Under the pieces are notes generated by a model. The model was not told the origin of the DNA, did no database searches, and saw only the letters and a program-made list of their open reading frames with translations. Positions 1-9,810 of a DNA stretch of 64,000 nucleotides are shown here, piece after piece (within the stretch, counting starts at the first letter, position 1; each line of letters opens with the position of its first letter). This DNA is from a virus. The stretch is from IMG/VR virus record IMGVR_UViG_3300015371_000004, positions 1-64,000 of that record, one strand, 5' to 3'. Position numbers and translations under genes: made by a program.

Positions 1-3000
1 GCTGACCGTTGGGGGCGTCGTGTCGCCACCTCCGCCGCCTCCGGCCTTGGCAAAGACCGTGATTACTCCCTCGTACGGGATGGTCACGCTCACCGGCTGC
101 CCAGCCGTCACGGTCACGTCGGCAGCATTGACGGGGGCGGACGCTCCATTTTTGGGCGTATGGAAGACGCCGTAGGTGCCTGCCGAGAGTCCGCTCACCG
201 TGAACGTTGTGGCCGAGTCCACTTTGACAGCGACCACCTGCTTACCGTCTGCGTTGCGGAAAGCCAGCGGGTCGAGGCCCGCCCCTCCCTGCGCGGCGAT
301 CCGCACCGCGCCCGCTCGAACATACTTGGTGTACTGGCGCACGAGGGGCGCGTTGGGGCAGAGCGCGGCGGCCCCGTTGAGCCACGCGGCAATCGGCCCC
401 CACGCGCACGAGGCGCCCGCGACCGGCGGCCCCATGTGCCACGAGCTGGCGCGCGCGGCCGTGAGGTCGTCGATGAGCATCAGGTAGTTCGCTCCGTCCG
501 ACGTCTGGCCCGATCCCCAATACTCTCCTTGGCTGGTGCGCTTGTTCATCGAGGCGGTCTTGCTGCCGATCGCCTGAAGGTCCGCCAGTGTGCCACCGTA
601 CCGGTGGTACACGAATTCATCTGGCAGAACGCCGCCTGAAGCCGAGGCCATCGCATCCCAACACGCCGGACCATTCGACGGATTGGCCGTAGACGGCGCG
701 AGGAAGGCCGGGGTGAATCCGGCCGCCGCAAGCCGCGACTTTGCCGCCGCAAGCGCTGGGCCGAGCTGCTGGCAGGTCCACGACGTATTCTCGGGCTCGT
801 TCAGGATCTCGACGGCGTCCGGCACGAACCCATACTTCGATTGCATGTGCTGGAAGACCGCGAGCCAAAACTCCCCGTACTCGGCCGGGCTGTCGCGATG
901 TTCAAATGCGGAGTCGCCGTGGTCGACGTACTCCGCGTTGACGTAGAACGTCTCGCCCTTGGCGGCGGCCTTCGCGCGCATCGGCACGACGAGCTTGTCG
1001 ATCTCGATGTCGAGGTTGGACCAGTTGAATCCGGCTGCGTTGATCACGTTCGGGTCAGCGTTGTCATTGACGATCGTGTAGCCCTTGCCCGTCGATCCCT
1101 CGATGCCCGCCTGCACAGAGAGGCGGGCCCGGTTGAAGCCGAGGTCGGTCACGCTCAGGTTCAGCATCGCGTCGACCTGCGCCGACGTCAGGCCGGAATA
1201 GTCCGTCGTGCTGGCCAGCACGGCCACTTCCCACTGGCCCGCGGCCTGCAGCGTCTGGCCCGCGTTGACCGTGACGCTTGCCTGCGTGGGCGGCGGAGTC
1301 ACGCTGGAGACCTTGTCCGAGAACTTCGCGCGCGTGGTGGCATTGGCCGGGGCCGTCAGCGTGTTGAAGACTTCGACGTCGTCCGACGGGACACCCTGAT
1401 AGTCCTCAACGATCACGCGCACGGGGCCCGAGGTCGGCAGCAAGGCTCCGGTGAACGCCTCATGGACCCCAGACTGCGCGCAGTGAATGTTCCGCTGCGA
1501 CCGCACCGTGATCGACGGGATCATGACGTCCGTCGAGGTGTTGCCCGCCTGCATGTATTCGAGGTCTGTCCCGTTGTTGCAGAACGAGGAGTCCCGCACG
1601 ATGTGTTCGCGCGGCGTCGTCTCGGTGCCGGGGAACGGGTCAGCGATGGCCCACGGCCACCGCATCCCCACCCGCATGTTCTGCACGTTCGCGTTCTCGA
1701 CGATGATCCCCATCTGTGAGTAATCGCCGAAGTTGAAGCAGGTCGAGTAGTCCTCGGACGGCGGCATGCTCTGCGGGTCGTTTCGGCAGACCCACTTCCG
1801 GTACACGATGTCCTTCTGCGCGTAGTTATAGGTACCGAGCCACACGTTCGCGGCCAAGAACCCATCGAAGACGCCGGGCCCGGTGTCCCAGCCGACCTCA
1901 CCCATGCGCGAGCCCCAGCACTCGTTCCGTGCGAACTCTTTGATCGGGGTCGTGCGGTTGCTGAAATACATGAAGCAGGAGATCAGGCTGCCGACCACAG
2001 CGTTATCGCGCCAGTAGTCGTTGGTCGTGTCCCCCCAGAGGCCCACGCCCGCCGTCCCGCGGCAGATTGGAGGGCTGTCAAAGCTCCGGCAGCGATCCCC
2101 TCGGTTGCCATCCCCTCGCGTGTTGATCACGAGCAGACGACTGAAGACGTTGTCTGCCGTCATCATCTCCGTGCCCACACCCCATCCGTTGTTGTCGACG
2201 AAAATGTCGTCGTCGATCAGGTTGCCGTTCGTCTCATGGATCGAGCACCCCCACTTGGGAGAGCTGTTGACAAAATTCCCGACGAACTCGATATGGCCGG
2301 TGCCCTTGTGGATGTGGCAGGCATACTTGCCCGGCATCTCGGTGGAGCTGGCATCGTTCGGCGTCCGCCCCAAGTTCAGGAAGGCCGTGCCGAATACCCG
2401 CCCAGTGGCCGCGCCCGTGAAGACCGTATGGCCACGCGTCCCGTTCGGATTCTCCGACTCGATGATGATTGACCGCGTGACATAGCCAATCCACGGGTAC
2501 GCCTTTACGGTGCCGTCAAAATTGCGTGCGCCGCGGTGCTCGATCGTCAGCGGCGGCGTGAACGTGATGGACGTCGGTGTCAATGAGGCGATGGCCACGT
2601 ACTGCGTCACGCGTGGCGCGTTCTCATCCACCCAGAGATGCCGCTCGTCTCCGAAGACCACCTGTCCTCCGACCGCCATCCCAGCCGTGGACGTGACCTG
2701 CACCGTGGTGGCGCCCGCCAGCGCGTCAGCCGTCAGCCGCACCCGCGTCGCCGTCGTCTCGCCTTCCAGCCCGATACTGCCCATCACGACGAGGCCCGTG
2801 CTCCACTGGTCCACGTCGACCGGCGGCACGTCACGGACCACCCAGCGAATATTGCGACCGGGTGTCGTCCCGGTTTCCAGTCGGCCTCCGGGGAGGACCT
2901 CGATGGAGATCGCGCGCAGCTGCAGGCCATCGGCGAACCGCAACGTGCCGGACACCTGAATGCAGTCCTTCGTGACCGTTCCGCTGAGCGTGACAATCTG

Positions 3001-3126
3001 CCCAGCGGGGACGTTGTCAGGCGAGGTCGGACAGAAAAACGAGATGTTGTTCGGGAGCTGGGGCGTCCACGCCAGAAACGTGACCGGCGAGAGCGCAAAA
3101 AGGAGCGTGAGGAGTACGCGACGCAT
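1..3126 (-). CDS. Large secreted-type glycan-active protein (signal peptide, G8/parallel beta-helix, clan GH-A hydrolase domain); runs off the window
   Basis: Hand translation from ATG at 3126 (MRRVLLTLLFALSPVTFLAW) reads open to position 1. Contains TRGHTVF/GKYACHIH/SIHETNGN (G8-associated beta-helix pattern), EILNEP (793-801), FVYHRY and SQGEYW, then GGGGGGDTTPPTVS. Absent from the ORF track because it has no stop in the window. Confidence 0.75.
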   Translation of the reverse strand, partial: MRRVLLTLLFALSPVTFLAWTPQLPNNISFFCPTSPDNVPAGQIVTLSGTVTKDCIQVSGTLRFADGLQLRAISIEVLPGGRLETGTTPGRNIRWVVRDVPPVDVDQWSTGLVVMGSIGLEGETTATRVRLTADALAGATTVQVTSTAGMAVGGQVVFGDERHLWVDENAPRVTQYVAIASLTPTSITFTPPLTIEHRGARNFDGTVKAYPWIGYVTRSIIIESENPNGTRGHTVFTGAATGRVFGTAFLNLGRTPNDASSTEMPGKYACHIHKGTGHIEFVGNFVNSSPKWGCSIHETNGNLIDDDIFVDNNGWGVGTEMMTADNVFSRLLVINTRGDGNRGDRCRSFDSPPICRGTAGVGLWGDTTNDYWRDNAVVGSLISCFMYFSNRTTPIKEFARNECWGSRMGEVGWDTGPGVFDGFLAANVWLGTYNYAQKDIVYRKWVCRNDPQSMPPSEDYSTCFNFGDYSQMGIIVENANVQNMRVGMRWPWAIADPFPGTETTPREHIVRDSSFCNNGTDLEYMQAGNTSTDVMIPSITVRSQRNIHCAQSGVHEAFTGALLPTSGPVRVIVEDYQGVPSDDVEVFNTLTAPANATTRAKFSDKVSSVTPPPTQASVTVNAGQTLQAAGQWEVAVLASTTDYSGLTSAQVDAMLNLSVTDLGFNRARLSVQAGIEGSTGKGYTIVNDNADPNVINAAGFNWSNLDIEIDKLVVPMRAKAAAKGETFYVNAEYVDHGDSAFEHRDSPAEYGEFWLAVFQHMQSKYGFVPDAVEILNEPENTSWTCQQLGPALAAAKSRLAAAGFTPAFLAPSTANPSNGPACWDAMASASGGVLPDEFVYHRYGGTLADLQAIGSKTASMNKRTSQGEYWGSGQTSDGANYLMLIDDLTAARASSWHMGPPVAGASCAWGPIAAWLNGAAALCPNAPLVRQYTKYVRAGAVRIAAQGGAGLDPLAFRNADGKQVVAVKVDSATTFTVSGLSAGTYGVFHTPKNGASAPVNAADVTVTAGQPVSVTIPYEGVITVFAKAGGGGGGDTTPPTVS

Positions 3127-3177
3127 GGTGAGTCTCCTGCGACGCGCACCGACGGGCGAATCGCGCGTCGCGAAATT

Positions 3178-3453
3178 CTACGGCGAGAGGCCGACCGAGC
3201 GCAGGAAGCGCTCCCGAGCCTCAATCTTTTCCATGGTCTTTTCCCATGGCGTGCACGTCCCTTTGTCCGCGCACGGCCCGCAGATCAGCTGGCCACAACA
3301 GCCGCACCAGCCTCCGCAAGCGGAGGCTGGTGCGTTGGGTTTCACGAAGACCACAAACTGGCAGTGATGGCACGTAAACGTGTCGCACTCGGCTTGGAGC
3401 CCTTGCGGTGCATCCGGATCATGGATGACCGCGTACCCCTGCGGCTTCCGCAC
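3178..3453 (-). CDS. Small Cys-rich (zinc-binding) protein
   Basis: CHHC, CGGWCGCC and CGPC motifs; packed between neighbours. Confidence 0.6.
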   Translation of the reverse strand: MRKPQGYAVIHDPDAPQGLQAECDTFTCHHCQFVVFVKPNAPASACGGWCGCCGQLICGPCADKGTCTPWEKTMEKIEARERFLRSVGLSP

Positions 3454-3462
3454 GGCCGTCTG

Positions 3463-3969
3463 TTACGCGCAATCGACGTGCATCGTGCCCGAGAAGTCGG
3501 TCGTGGTCGCCGACTGCACGACGCCGGTAATGCCGTTGTTCGTGGTCGCTGGCCACACCAGCTCGCCACCGGGCGCCGCCACCCACCGATAGGTCGCGCG
3601 CATGTTGAGCGAGAGCCGCATCAGCAGCACGCCGAACGTCGGGTCCGCGGTGTAGGTGTCCGACGCGTCAAAAACCGACGCGGCTTCCGCCGGATCCAGC
3701 GGCGACGGGGTGACCGCCGCAGCGGTGCCTGCGGTAGAGCTGCGAATCAGTTCGTGGTCGAAGACGTTGTCGGCCGGGGTCGTGATCGACCCGACCATGT
3801 AGTCATAGACACGGCCGCGCTGCGCCGTCGTGCCGTCGGCCCGGGCGTTCACGATGGACCGCACCGAGGCCGTGCCCTTGTTGCCGGGAACGGAGTACCG
3901 CGCCAGCTGACGCGTCAGATTGTTGGCCACCAGAGCAGCGAATCTGGCGATGTGACCAATGTGCACCAT
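3463..3969 (-). CDS. Hypothetical protein, possibly virion structural
   Basis: Thr/Ala-rich beta-type sequence; GGAGG SD upstream of ATG 3969. Confidence 0.55.
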   Translation of the reverse strand: MVHIGHIARFAALVANNLTRQLARYSVPGNKGTASVRSIVNARADGTTAQRGRVYDYMVGSITTPADNVFDHELIRSSTAGTAAAVTPSPLDPAEAASVFDASDTYTADPTFGVLLMRLSLNMRATYRWVAAPGGELVWPATTNNGITGVVQSATTTDFSGTMHVDCA

Positions 3970-4029
3970 GTCGTTTGACCTCCAGCCGCCGTAGGGCGAG
4001 CTACGCCTAAGCTGGAGCACAAACGCAGG

Positions 4030-4191
4030 TTAGCGCAGTGTCAAAGAAATAACAGGGGGCGGGATGTAGCCGGTGCGCCCGACGTCGGCCCGCGCCGCAC
4101 TTTCCAGCACGAAGTTCATGTGCGCGAGGACGATCGGGAGCGGGTACGTCGTCATGAGGGTCCGTAGCTCTCGGAGCAGGTTCTCGTTCAT
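4030..4191 (-). CDS. Small hypothetical protein
   Basis: MNENLLRELRTL..., follows the stop of the upstream gene. Confidence 0.4.
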   Translation of the reverse strand: MNENLLRELRTLMTTYPLPIVLAHMNFVLESAARADVGRTGYIPPPVISLTLR

Positions 4192-4202
4192 TTCCGTAGG
4201 TC

Positions 4203-5540
4203 CTATTTGCGCATCACGAGGATATTGCCGCCCTTGCCGTCCCCGGTGTAGCCGCCCTGCTCGACGACGTGGTAGCCGAGGCGAGGTTCGAGCGTCCAGT
4301 CGGGCCCGATGTCGATCGGGCCACCCACCATGGTCCCGTCCGGCATCTTCATCCAGTAGTTCCGGCCCGCGCCGCGGGGGTCCTCGTACTGCACCTGCGC
4401 GTCGATGTACCGGTCCCAATGGACGATCGGGCACTCGCCGTCGATCTGGGGGTAGATCCGCGTGTGCCCTTGGCCGGGGACCTCACCGTACTGCGGGGGG
4501 TCGTCCGGGCTCAGGACCGCCGCACGCCTGAACGCCCCATCGGCCGCGGCGTTCAGCACGATGAGCGGCGAGTTCCAGATGACGCTCACGGCTTCGAGGC
4601 AGTCGTAGCCCGGCTCACCGGGCTTCGGCCAGACGCAGTTCTGTAGGTCGGTCTGGTGGTGAGACGCCGACGGCAGCGACTTGAACCCACCGTGGACGAT
4701 CAAGCCCATCCCGAGGTTCAGGCAGTGAAACGCGCAGTCGGCCCACTGACGTGGGGTCGTCCCCTCGGCAATCCGGGTCGGCTCGCCCGGCATGGCGGGA
4801 CGGTGCGCGGCTGGGAAGGGGGTCAGTCCGCCCTTCTGCGTCTCGTAGGAGAGCTTCGCGGACTCCCACGGCCACTCAGGATTGTCCCGTGACGGATGGA
4901 ACGTCGCCCAGTCCATCCACGTGCCGACTTCCTCCGGATTTGGGCTCGACGGCGATCCGGTATCCCACGTCGCGCGCGTCATCATCAAACGAGCAAAATC
5001 GGCCGACGAGAATCGGCTGGTCAGCGAGCCGTTGCCGGTGTTGTCTCCATCAAGCGTTTCATTCTCGATCTCACCGAAGACGTTACCAGCATCGTCGGCG
5101 ACCTCGGTCAGCAGGCGAACATGCTCGTCCTGCTCTCCGTGCGACAAGCAGTTCGGGCCGCCGGACCGCTGATTGCAGAAGTAGACCGAGAAATAGTAGT
5201 AGCTGAACTTGTCGCGCAGCCGAATGCAGAGCTGGTGGACCGCGTCGTACCCGCGCTGGCGGTAGCAGTTCCAGCCGGTGTTGTCCCACATCCCGGTGAA
5301 GTCGCGATTGCAGTTGAACCTCATGGCTGCCGCGGGGCCAATGAAGTCGTCCACGCGGCCCCACTCGCCCTTAAAGGCCAGCTCCGCAAGGCGAAACCCC
5401 GTGTGGCCCTTGATCTTCTGGATGGCACCGTCCGGCGTGACAAAGTTGAGATTCGACCGTCGGAGGCGTCCGGGCCACGGGCCACCCCCGCCGCCTCCAC
5501 CGCCGGACCCGCCCATCAGGCGGGCTTGCAGAAAGGTCAT
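4203..5540 (-). CDS. Putative glycoside hydrolase-like TIM-barrel protein
   Basis: 445 aa; GEIENE, FHPSR and PAMPGEP motifs resemble the GH-A acid/base and nucleophile strands; poly-Gly N-terminal linker. Confidence 0.45.
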   Translation of the reverse strand: MTFLQARLMGGSGGGGGGGGPWPGRLRRSNLNFVTPDGAIQKIKGHTGFRLAELAFKGEWGRVDDFIGPAAAMRFNCNRDFTGMWDNTGWNCYRQRGYDAVHQLCIRLRDKFSYYYFSVYFCNQRSGGPNCLSHGEQDEHVRLLTEVADDAGNVFGEIENETLDGDNTGNGSLTSRFSSADFARLMMTRATWDTGSPSSPNPEEVGTWMDWATFHPSRDNPEWPWESAKLSYETQKGGLTPFPAAHRPAMPGEPTRIAEGTTPRQWADCAFHCLNLGMGLIVHGGFKSLPSASHHQTDLQNCVWPKPGEPGYDCLEAVSVIWNSPLIVLNAAADGAFRRAAVLSPDDPPQYGEVPGQGHTRIYPQIDGECPIVHWDRYIDAQVQYEDPRGAGRNYWMKMPDGTMVGGPIDIGPDWTLEPRLGYHVVEQGGYTGDGKGGNILVMRK

Positions 5541-5542
5541 GG

Positions 5543-7435
5543 CTACTTCTTTACGAAAACGAAGATGTTCTTGATGGAGCCGTCATCGAACCGGTTGAAG
5601 ACCAGTACCGGTTGCCACGTCGCGGGCTGCTCGGCAAAGAAAAACTGCTCCCACCGGTCGTTGGTCCCCGCTGGCCGCGTGCCCAGCGTCGCGCCCGAAC
5701 CCTCTTGCTCGCTGAGGACCACATTGGCCTCGACAAACAGGATCGTCCGCGACCCATTGGCGTTTTGGGCCGACGCTTCCACCTCTTCGTACCCGCCCTG
5801 CGGCGGCGGGTCGATGTGCTTGGAGTAGACCTCGGTCTTTTTCTTCGGGTCGACGCCAAGGAAGTCCCCCTCCAGCACACGATGCTGCGGCCCCAGCTCC
5901 CGGAGAAATCCGCGAACGGTTCCGTTACTCATGAGTCGAGCCCTTTCAGAAGGTTGCGGCGTGGGCGTGCCGCCATTTCCGCCTCCACCACCATTCCCGC
6001 CGCCCTCCGCGATGAAGATGGGCAGCCCCGTGGACGCCGACGCGAAGGCAGTATACGCCTGATTCCAGCTCGGCATTTTCGCCAGCCCGCTCCGCATGGC
6101 GTCAAAGGCCAGCATCCCGTTGGTCAGCCGGATCAGCTCGTCGTAGACCGGCCAGTACGGCTTGAGCTGCTCTTCGGTGAACGCAAAGGGCGGGTTCCCG
6201 GGGAACCATTTGGCGACGATGATCTTCTGTCGGTCCTTGAGCCGGTCAATGGCCGCGCGCATCCGTGCCCGGAACGTCTCAGGCAGTTCGTTGAACTTTG
6301 GGTAGGCCTGAATGAGGGGCACGTCGCCCCGGCCGTCGTGGTTCTCGCCATTCTTTTCGTCGTAGAGAAACCACGGTCGTGGACCGGTCAGTGGGAACGT
6401 CGAGTGGGCGGTATCGTGCCACGTGCCCATGAGCTTGTCGGCTGGGACGTTCAGCGCACCGAGTCCGGCGATGACCGGACGCTTCACCTTCATCAGGTTG
6501 TAGTCGCTGGCCGCGTAGCCGGGGTAGGGCCCGAAGAGCACCTCGCAGTTTCCGGCAAACTCTCCGTACTGGTACTGCGTGCTGGAGGCGTAGATCGGCC
6601 CGATCGCCTTCACGCCGAGTGGGGCGATCAAGGTGGTCAGATCGATTTTGTCTTCAGGGTTCAGGTCCCAGTCCGCGCTGGCCCAGACCGCTGCCAGCTC
6701 ACTCTGATCGTTCGACCATGTGACCCGAACGAAACCGTTGCCAAGGAGCCCGCAGTCCGGGACGACGAGGCCGGTCGGGCTGAAGTCCTTGGCGACAAGC
6801 CAGCCCTCGGTCTCGTCGTGCCAGCGGAGGGTGAGGTACCCGCTCGACCGTTCAAGGAGCAGCGCGCGCCCCGCCACGTCGAGGGGGACCGCGTAGTCCA
6901 CGTAGGTGGGCCGGGGAGCTATGGGGACGGCGCCCCCGCCGTACGGGCGCCGCAGGTGCCAACCTTCGGCCACCGTTTGATGGAGCAGCCAGCCCTGCCG
7001 AAAGCGGACGTTCCGGAGAGCAATTGCGTCGGTCCCCAGCGAGGACGTCGGGATGGTGAGCGCGCTGGTCCCGCTCAGGAGGATGATGTCGCTGCCCGTG
7101 GAGTACCGGGTTAGCGCGGCAATGCCGGTCGTCGGATCCACGTCGGCTGGAACGAGATCCGGCTCGCGCCAGCCGGTGTTCGAGTAGCCGACCCCCTTGA
7201 AGAAGGCGAACCAGCGCCCGGCGTTGCCTCTCAGCCAGTTGGCGCCGTCAGCCGACTCTTGGATCCACGGGCCGTTTGGGCGATGGAAGCTCCAGAGGGT
7301 CGCGCCCCATTGGGCGACGACTGTCTGATCATCCTTCCAGCCAAAGGCAGAGCCCCCGGCGCCCCCGACCGTGGGCAGCACTTTCCCGTTGACGTGGTAG
7401 TTACCGACGGCGTCGCCAAGGGCGTTGAGCCACAC
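5543..7435 (-). CDS. Large multidomain hypothetical protein (Trp/Gly-rich, Gly linker, fascin-like C-terminus)
   Basis: 630 aa ORF with coding-like GC3 bias; GGGNGGGGGNGG linker; RPAGTNDRWEQFF. Confidence 0.55.
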   Translation of the reverse strand: MWLNALGDAVGNYHVNGKVLPTVGGAGGSAFGWKDDQTVVAQWGATLWSFHRPNGPWIQESADGANWLRGNAGRWFAFFKGVGYSNTGWREPDLVPADVDPTTGIAALTRYSTGSDIILLSGTSALTIPTSSLGTDAIALRNVRFRQGWLLHQTVAEGWHLRRPYGGGAVPIAPRPTYVDYAVPLDVAGRALLLERSSGYLTLRWHDETEGWLVAKDFSPTGLVVPDCGLLGNGFVRVTWSNDQSELAAVWASADWDLNPEDKIDLTTLIAPLGVKAIGPIYASSTQYQYGEFAGNCEVLFGPYPGYAASDYNLMKVKRPVIAGLGALNVPADKLMGTWHDTAHSTFPLTGPRPWFLYDEKNGENHDGRGDVPLIQAYPKFNELPETFRARMRAAIDRLKDRQKIIVAKWFPGNPPFAFTEEQLKPYWPVYDELIRLTNGMLAFDAMRSGLAKMPSWNQAYTAFASASTGLPIFIAEGGGNGGGGGNGGTPTPQPSERARLMSNGTVRGFLRELGPQHRVLEGDFLGVDPKKKTEVYSKHIDPPPQGGYEEVEASAQNANGSRTILFVEANVVLSEQEGSGATLGTRPAGTNDRWEQFFFAEQPATWQPVLVFNRFDDGSIKNIFVFVKK

Positions 7436-7463
7436 GGGGGCTCATGATACACCCGGGCCGGGC

Positions 7464-7820
7464 TTACTCCTGCTCCTGCCGCGCCTCGGCGGGGGACCAC
7501 AGCGTGCAACCGAATGCATGATCGGTCGCAATCGACCAATTGCCGCGCCGTGGGAACTCGTCATGTCCACAAACTCCGACGATTCCAGATTGTTCTTTTG
7601 ACCACCAGCGGCACGTCCCACACGTCCCTCCTCCTGCTGAGGGCGGCGAGGGAGAGGCTGATTGCGATAGAGCCCATTCAGCTCCAGCGAGCCACATCGC
7701 AGCGGCTTGACGTATCGCGCCGACCTCGTAATGTGTCGGTTGGTCATTCGGGCCATAAAGCGGCGTGATGTATTGACGAGCGAACTGCTGGGCGTACTCG
7801 CGCAATTCCTCAGCGGTCAT
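7464..7820 (-). CDS. Small accessory protein with C-terminal Cys motif
   Basis: MTAEELREY...TCGTCRWW...FGCTLW; ATGA coupling. Confidence 0.5.
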   Translation of the reverse strand: MTAEELREYAQQFARQYITPLYGPNDQPTHYEVGAIRQAAAMWLAGAEWALSQSASPSPPSAGGGTCGTCRWWSKEQSGIVGVCGHDEFPRRGNWSIATDHAFGCTLWSPAEARQEQE

Positions 7821-8317
7821 TTCTGCTCCTTGTCGGCTGTGGACTGGGCGCGCAGGGCTGAGAGGACGCGCCGCGCATCGAGACACAGCCTGCATTCGCA
7901 GAGCGTGCTCATGCCCTCGGCATCGGCATTCGCGCAATGATTGTCAAGGTAACGGCCGAGCAACTTCTCCAGCGCGATCAGGTCTGGCCGCTCCTCCGGT
8001 GCCATCATTTGTCCGACATCGGCAATATGGTCGGACGTTTTACGCTTTTCTCCGTCTTTTCCGTCTTGATACTCGATGGTTACGTGAACGACCGTTGCGC
8101 CGGGTAATTTCGCGGCCCGATGGACGATGCACTGAGCGCACAGTACACAGCCGTGTCCACCGGTAGGACTGATGGCGTTCCACTGCTCATCAGGCAGAAC
8201 AACATCCAACGGAAAACTCCGATAGGGCAGACCGCAATCGTAACAGCGGAGTAATTCAAAGTCGGGCCGCTCCTCCGGTGCCGAGAGAATCCGACCCGGC
8301 TCATCACCGGAAGGCAT
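7817..8317 (-). CDS. Modular accessory protein (CxxC...CxxC)
   Basis: CYDC...LCAQC; two APEERPD junction repeats; start uncertain. Confidence 0.5.
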   Translation of the reverse strand: MPSGDEPGRILSAPEERPDFELLRCYDCGLPYRSFPLDVVLPDEQWNAISPTGGHGCVLCAQCIVHRAAKLPGATVVHVTIEYQDGKDGEKRKTSDHIADVGQMMAPEERPDLIALEKLLGRYLDNHCANADAEGMSTLCECRLCLDARRVLSALRAQSTADKEQK

Positions 8318-8894
8318 CTGGATCGCAGTTCCCTGCGGCTTGACCCCATTGAAGTGGATCGGGGCTAGCAACTCCCGCCAGTTGATGATCGGATTCTTTC
8401 GACATCGGCCGCTCCTCCTGTGGGCGCTGCCCAATCAGATCAACTTGCGGTTCGTCAGGCGCGTTCGTAACCCGAGCTACCCATTCTTGACCGAGCGTGA
8501 AATCCTGTGGGCGTTGCCGCTCGAATCCGCTCATCAAGTTGAGCACCCATCGGTATGTCGTAGTTTCGCTGCCGCGTCCTTCGGTCACGTAGCGCGTGAG
8601 TTCCGCTCTCAACAAATTCCACGACTCCTGTGGGCGCTGCCGGAGGGCGGCGAGAACAGCCTGAAGATTGTCCCGCCACTTCGCCAGATATTCCTTAAGC
8701 GATCCTTCCGGCGATCCTGCCCATGCGGCGTGTAATTCCACGCGCATCGTTTCGACCGACGCGACAACTGCCTCGCTCGCCTTTCGACAACGCGGATCGA
8801 CCCACCAGTTCAAGCACGCCTGCGGATCAGGGCAATCGGCGCACACGTTGAACCGCTCGGCCAGCGTCTCCGGGTTGACCTTCGCGTCAGTCAT
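8304..8894 (-). CDS. Modular accessory protein
   Basis: 196 aa; three QRPQ repeats. Confidence 0.5.
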   Translation of the reverse strand: MTDAKVNPETLAERFNVCADCPDPQACLNWWVDPRCRKASEAVVASVETMRVELHAAWAGSPEGSLKEYLAKWRDNLQAVLAALRQRPQESWNLLRAELTRYVTEGRGSETTTYRWVLNLMSGFERQRPQDFTLGQEWVARVTNAPDEPQVDLIGQRPQEERPMSKESDHQLAGVASPDPLQWGQAAGNCDPDAFR

Positions 8895-9060
8895 GGTTCA
8901 GTCCCCACATTACGCGCCACCATAACCAGTCGATTTGTTTGCAGTAAAACCGCGCTGGAATCGTCAGACACTCGCGATAGAAGCGATAACGCGGGACAAT
9001 CGCGCCAGTCCAAAAGGTGAACGTCTTAAGACGTGGAGCCCGCTCGTCTCTCGCCGTCAT
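8887..9060 (-). CDS. Small hypothetical protein (MTARDE...)
   Basis: 57-aa ORF filling the gap, coupled to neighbours. Confidence 0.4.
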   Translation of the reverse strand: MTARDERAPRLKTFTFWTGAIVPRYRFYRECLTIPARFYCKQIDWLWWRVMWGLNHD

Positions 9061-9242
9061 GGCATGTCACTCCGGTTGTAATGCGACTGCGCCATCTGAT
9101 CGAGCAGCTTGGTCAGTGCGCGCTGATCGGATTCTGTCTCGTCCTCGCGCCGTTCCGTTTCCACAAATCCGCTCTCAAGCGCACGCGCCAGTAGAGTGTA
9201 AGCCAGCGCGTGAGCACGGCGGCGTCTGTCTCTCGCCGTCAT
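9057..9242 (-). CDS. Small hypothetical protein (MTARDR...)
   Basis: SD upstream, ATGA coupling. Confidence 0.5.
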   Translation of the reverse strand: MTARDRRRRAHALAYTLLARALESGFVETERREDETESDQRALTKLLDQMAQSHYNRSDMP

Positions 9243-9562
9243 GGCGTCCTCCCGATTAGCTTTTCCAGCAGCGCAGCGAACTTCAGCGGATACGGACCAT
9301 GCTGATCGAGCCAATCGCGCAGGGCAATTAATCCGTCCACCTCATCTGTCAGCGCCTTCTCGCGCTCGGCGGCTTGGCGGAGCATGGCGGCTGCGACTTG
9401 ATAATCCTGAACCTTATCGAGCCAATCGGCACGCGCCGTAATTTGCTCAGCCGTGTAGCGGGGCGCGGTCATCGCCTTGAGGTCCAGCGCGGCGTGTTCG
9501 CCAATCGCCGTCACCTTGCCGTCTTCATCAATCTCGATGATGTTTTCGTTGTGTTCGCTCAT
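9239..9562 (-). CDS. Hypothetical protein
   Basis: 107 aa, ATGA coupling. Confidence 0.55.
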   Translation of the reverse strand: MSEHNENIIEIDEDGKVTAIGEHAALDLKAMTAPRYTAEQITARADWLDKVQDYQVAAAMLRQAAEREKALTDEVDGLIALRDWLDQHGPYPLKFAALLEKLIGRTP

Positions 9563-9810
9563 CGCGTCTCGTCCTTCGTCTGGGGTGAGGCCGAACGCTT
9601 ACCTTTCATTCGTGCCGAGCGATCAAGTCGAATCCGGCGCTCGGTCACTTCACGGTTCAGCACGCGCAACACCTTATCGAATGCCCTGAGAATAGTGGCG
9701 TGACACTCGGCTTCCGCACGAGCGATGCGGCGTTGAGCGCCGCGGACATAATCACGATCACGCATCGCTACGTCTCCTCTCGCTCGCCCGCAGTGAGGCC
9801 ATTCCGTCAT
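9559..9810 (-). CDS. Hypothetical basic protein
   Basis: 83 aa, ATGA coupling. Confidence 0.45.
   Translation of the reverse strand: MTEWPHCGRARGDVAMRDRDYVRGAQRRIARAEAECHATILRAFDKVLRVLNREVTERRIRLDRSARMKGKRSASPQTKDETR

Larger units (their letters stand above)
7986..9245 (-). repeat. Short dispersed direct repeats at module junctions
   Basis: ggccgctcctccggtgcc at 7986 and 8265; tcctgtgggcg(c/t)tgcc at about 8416, 8503 and 8626; gtctctcgccgtcatggc at 9046 and 9228. Confidence 0.75.
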
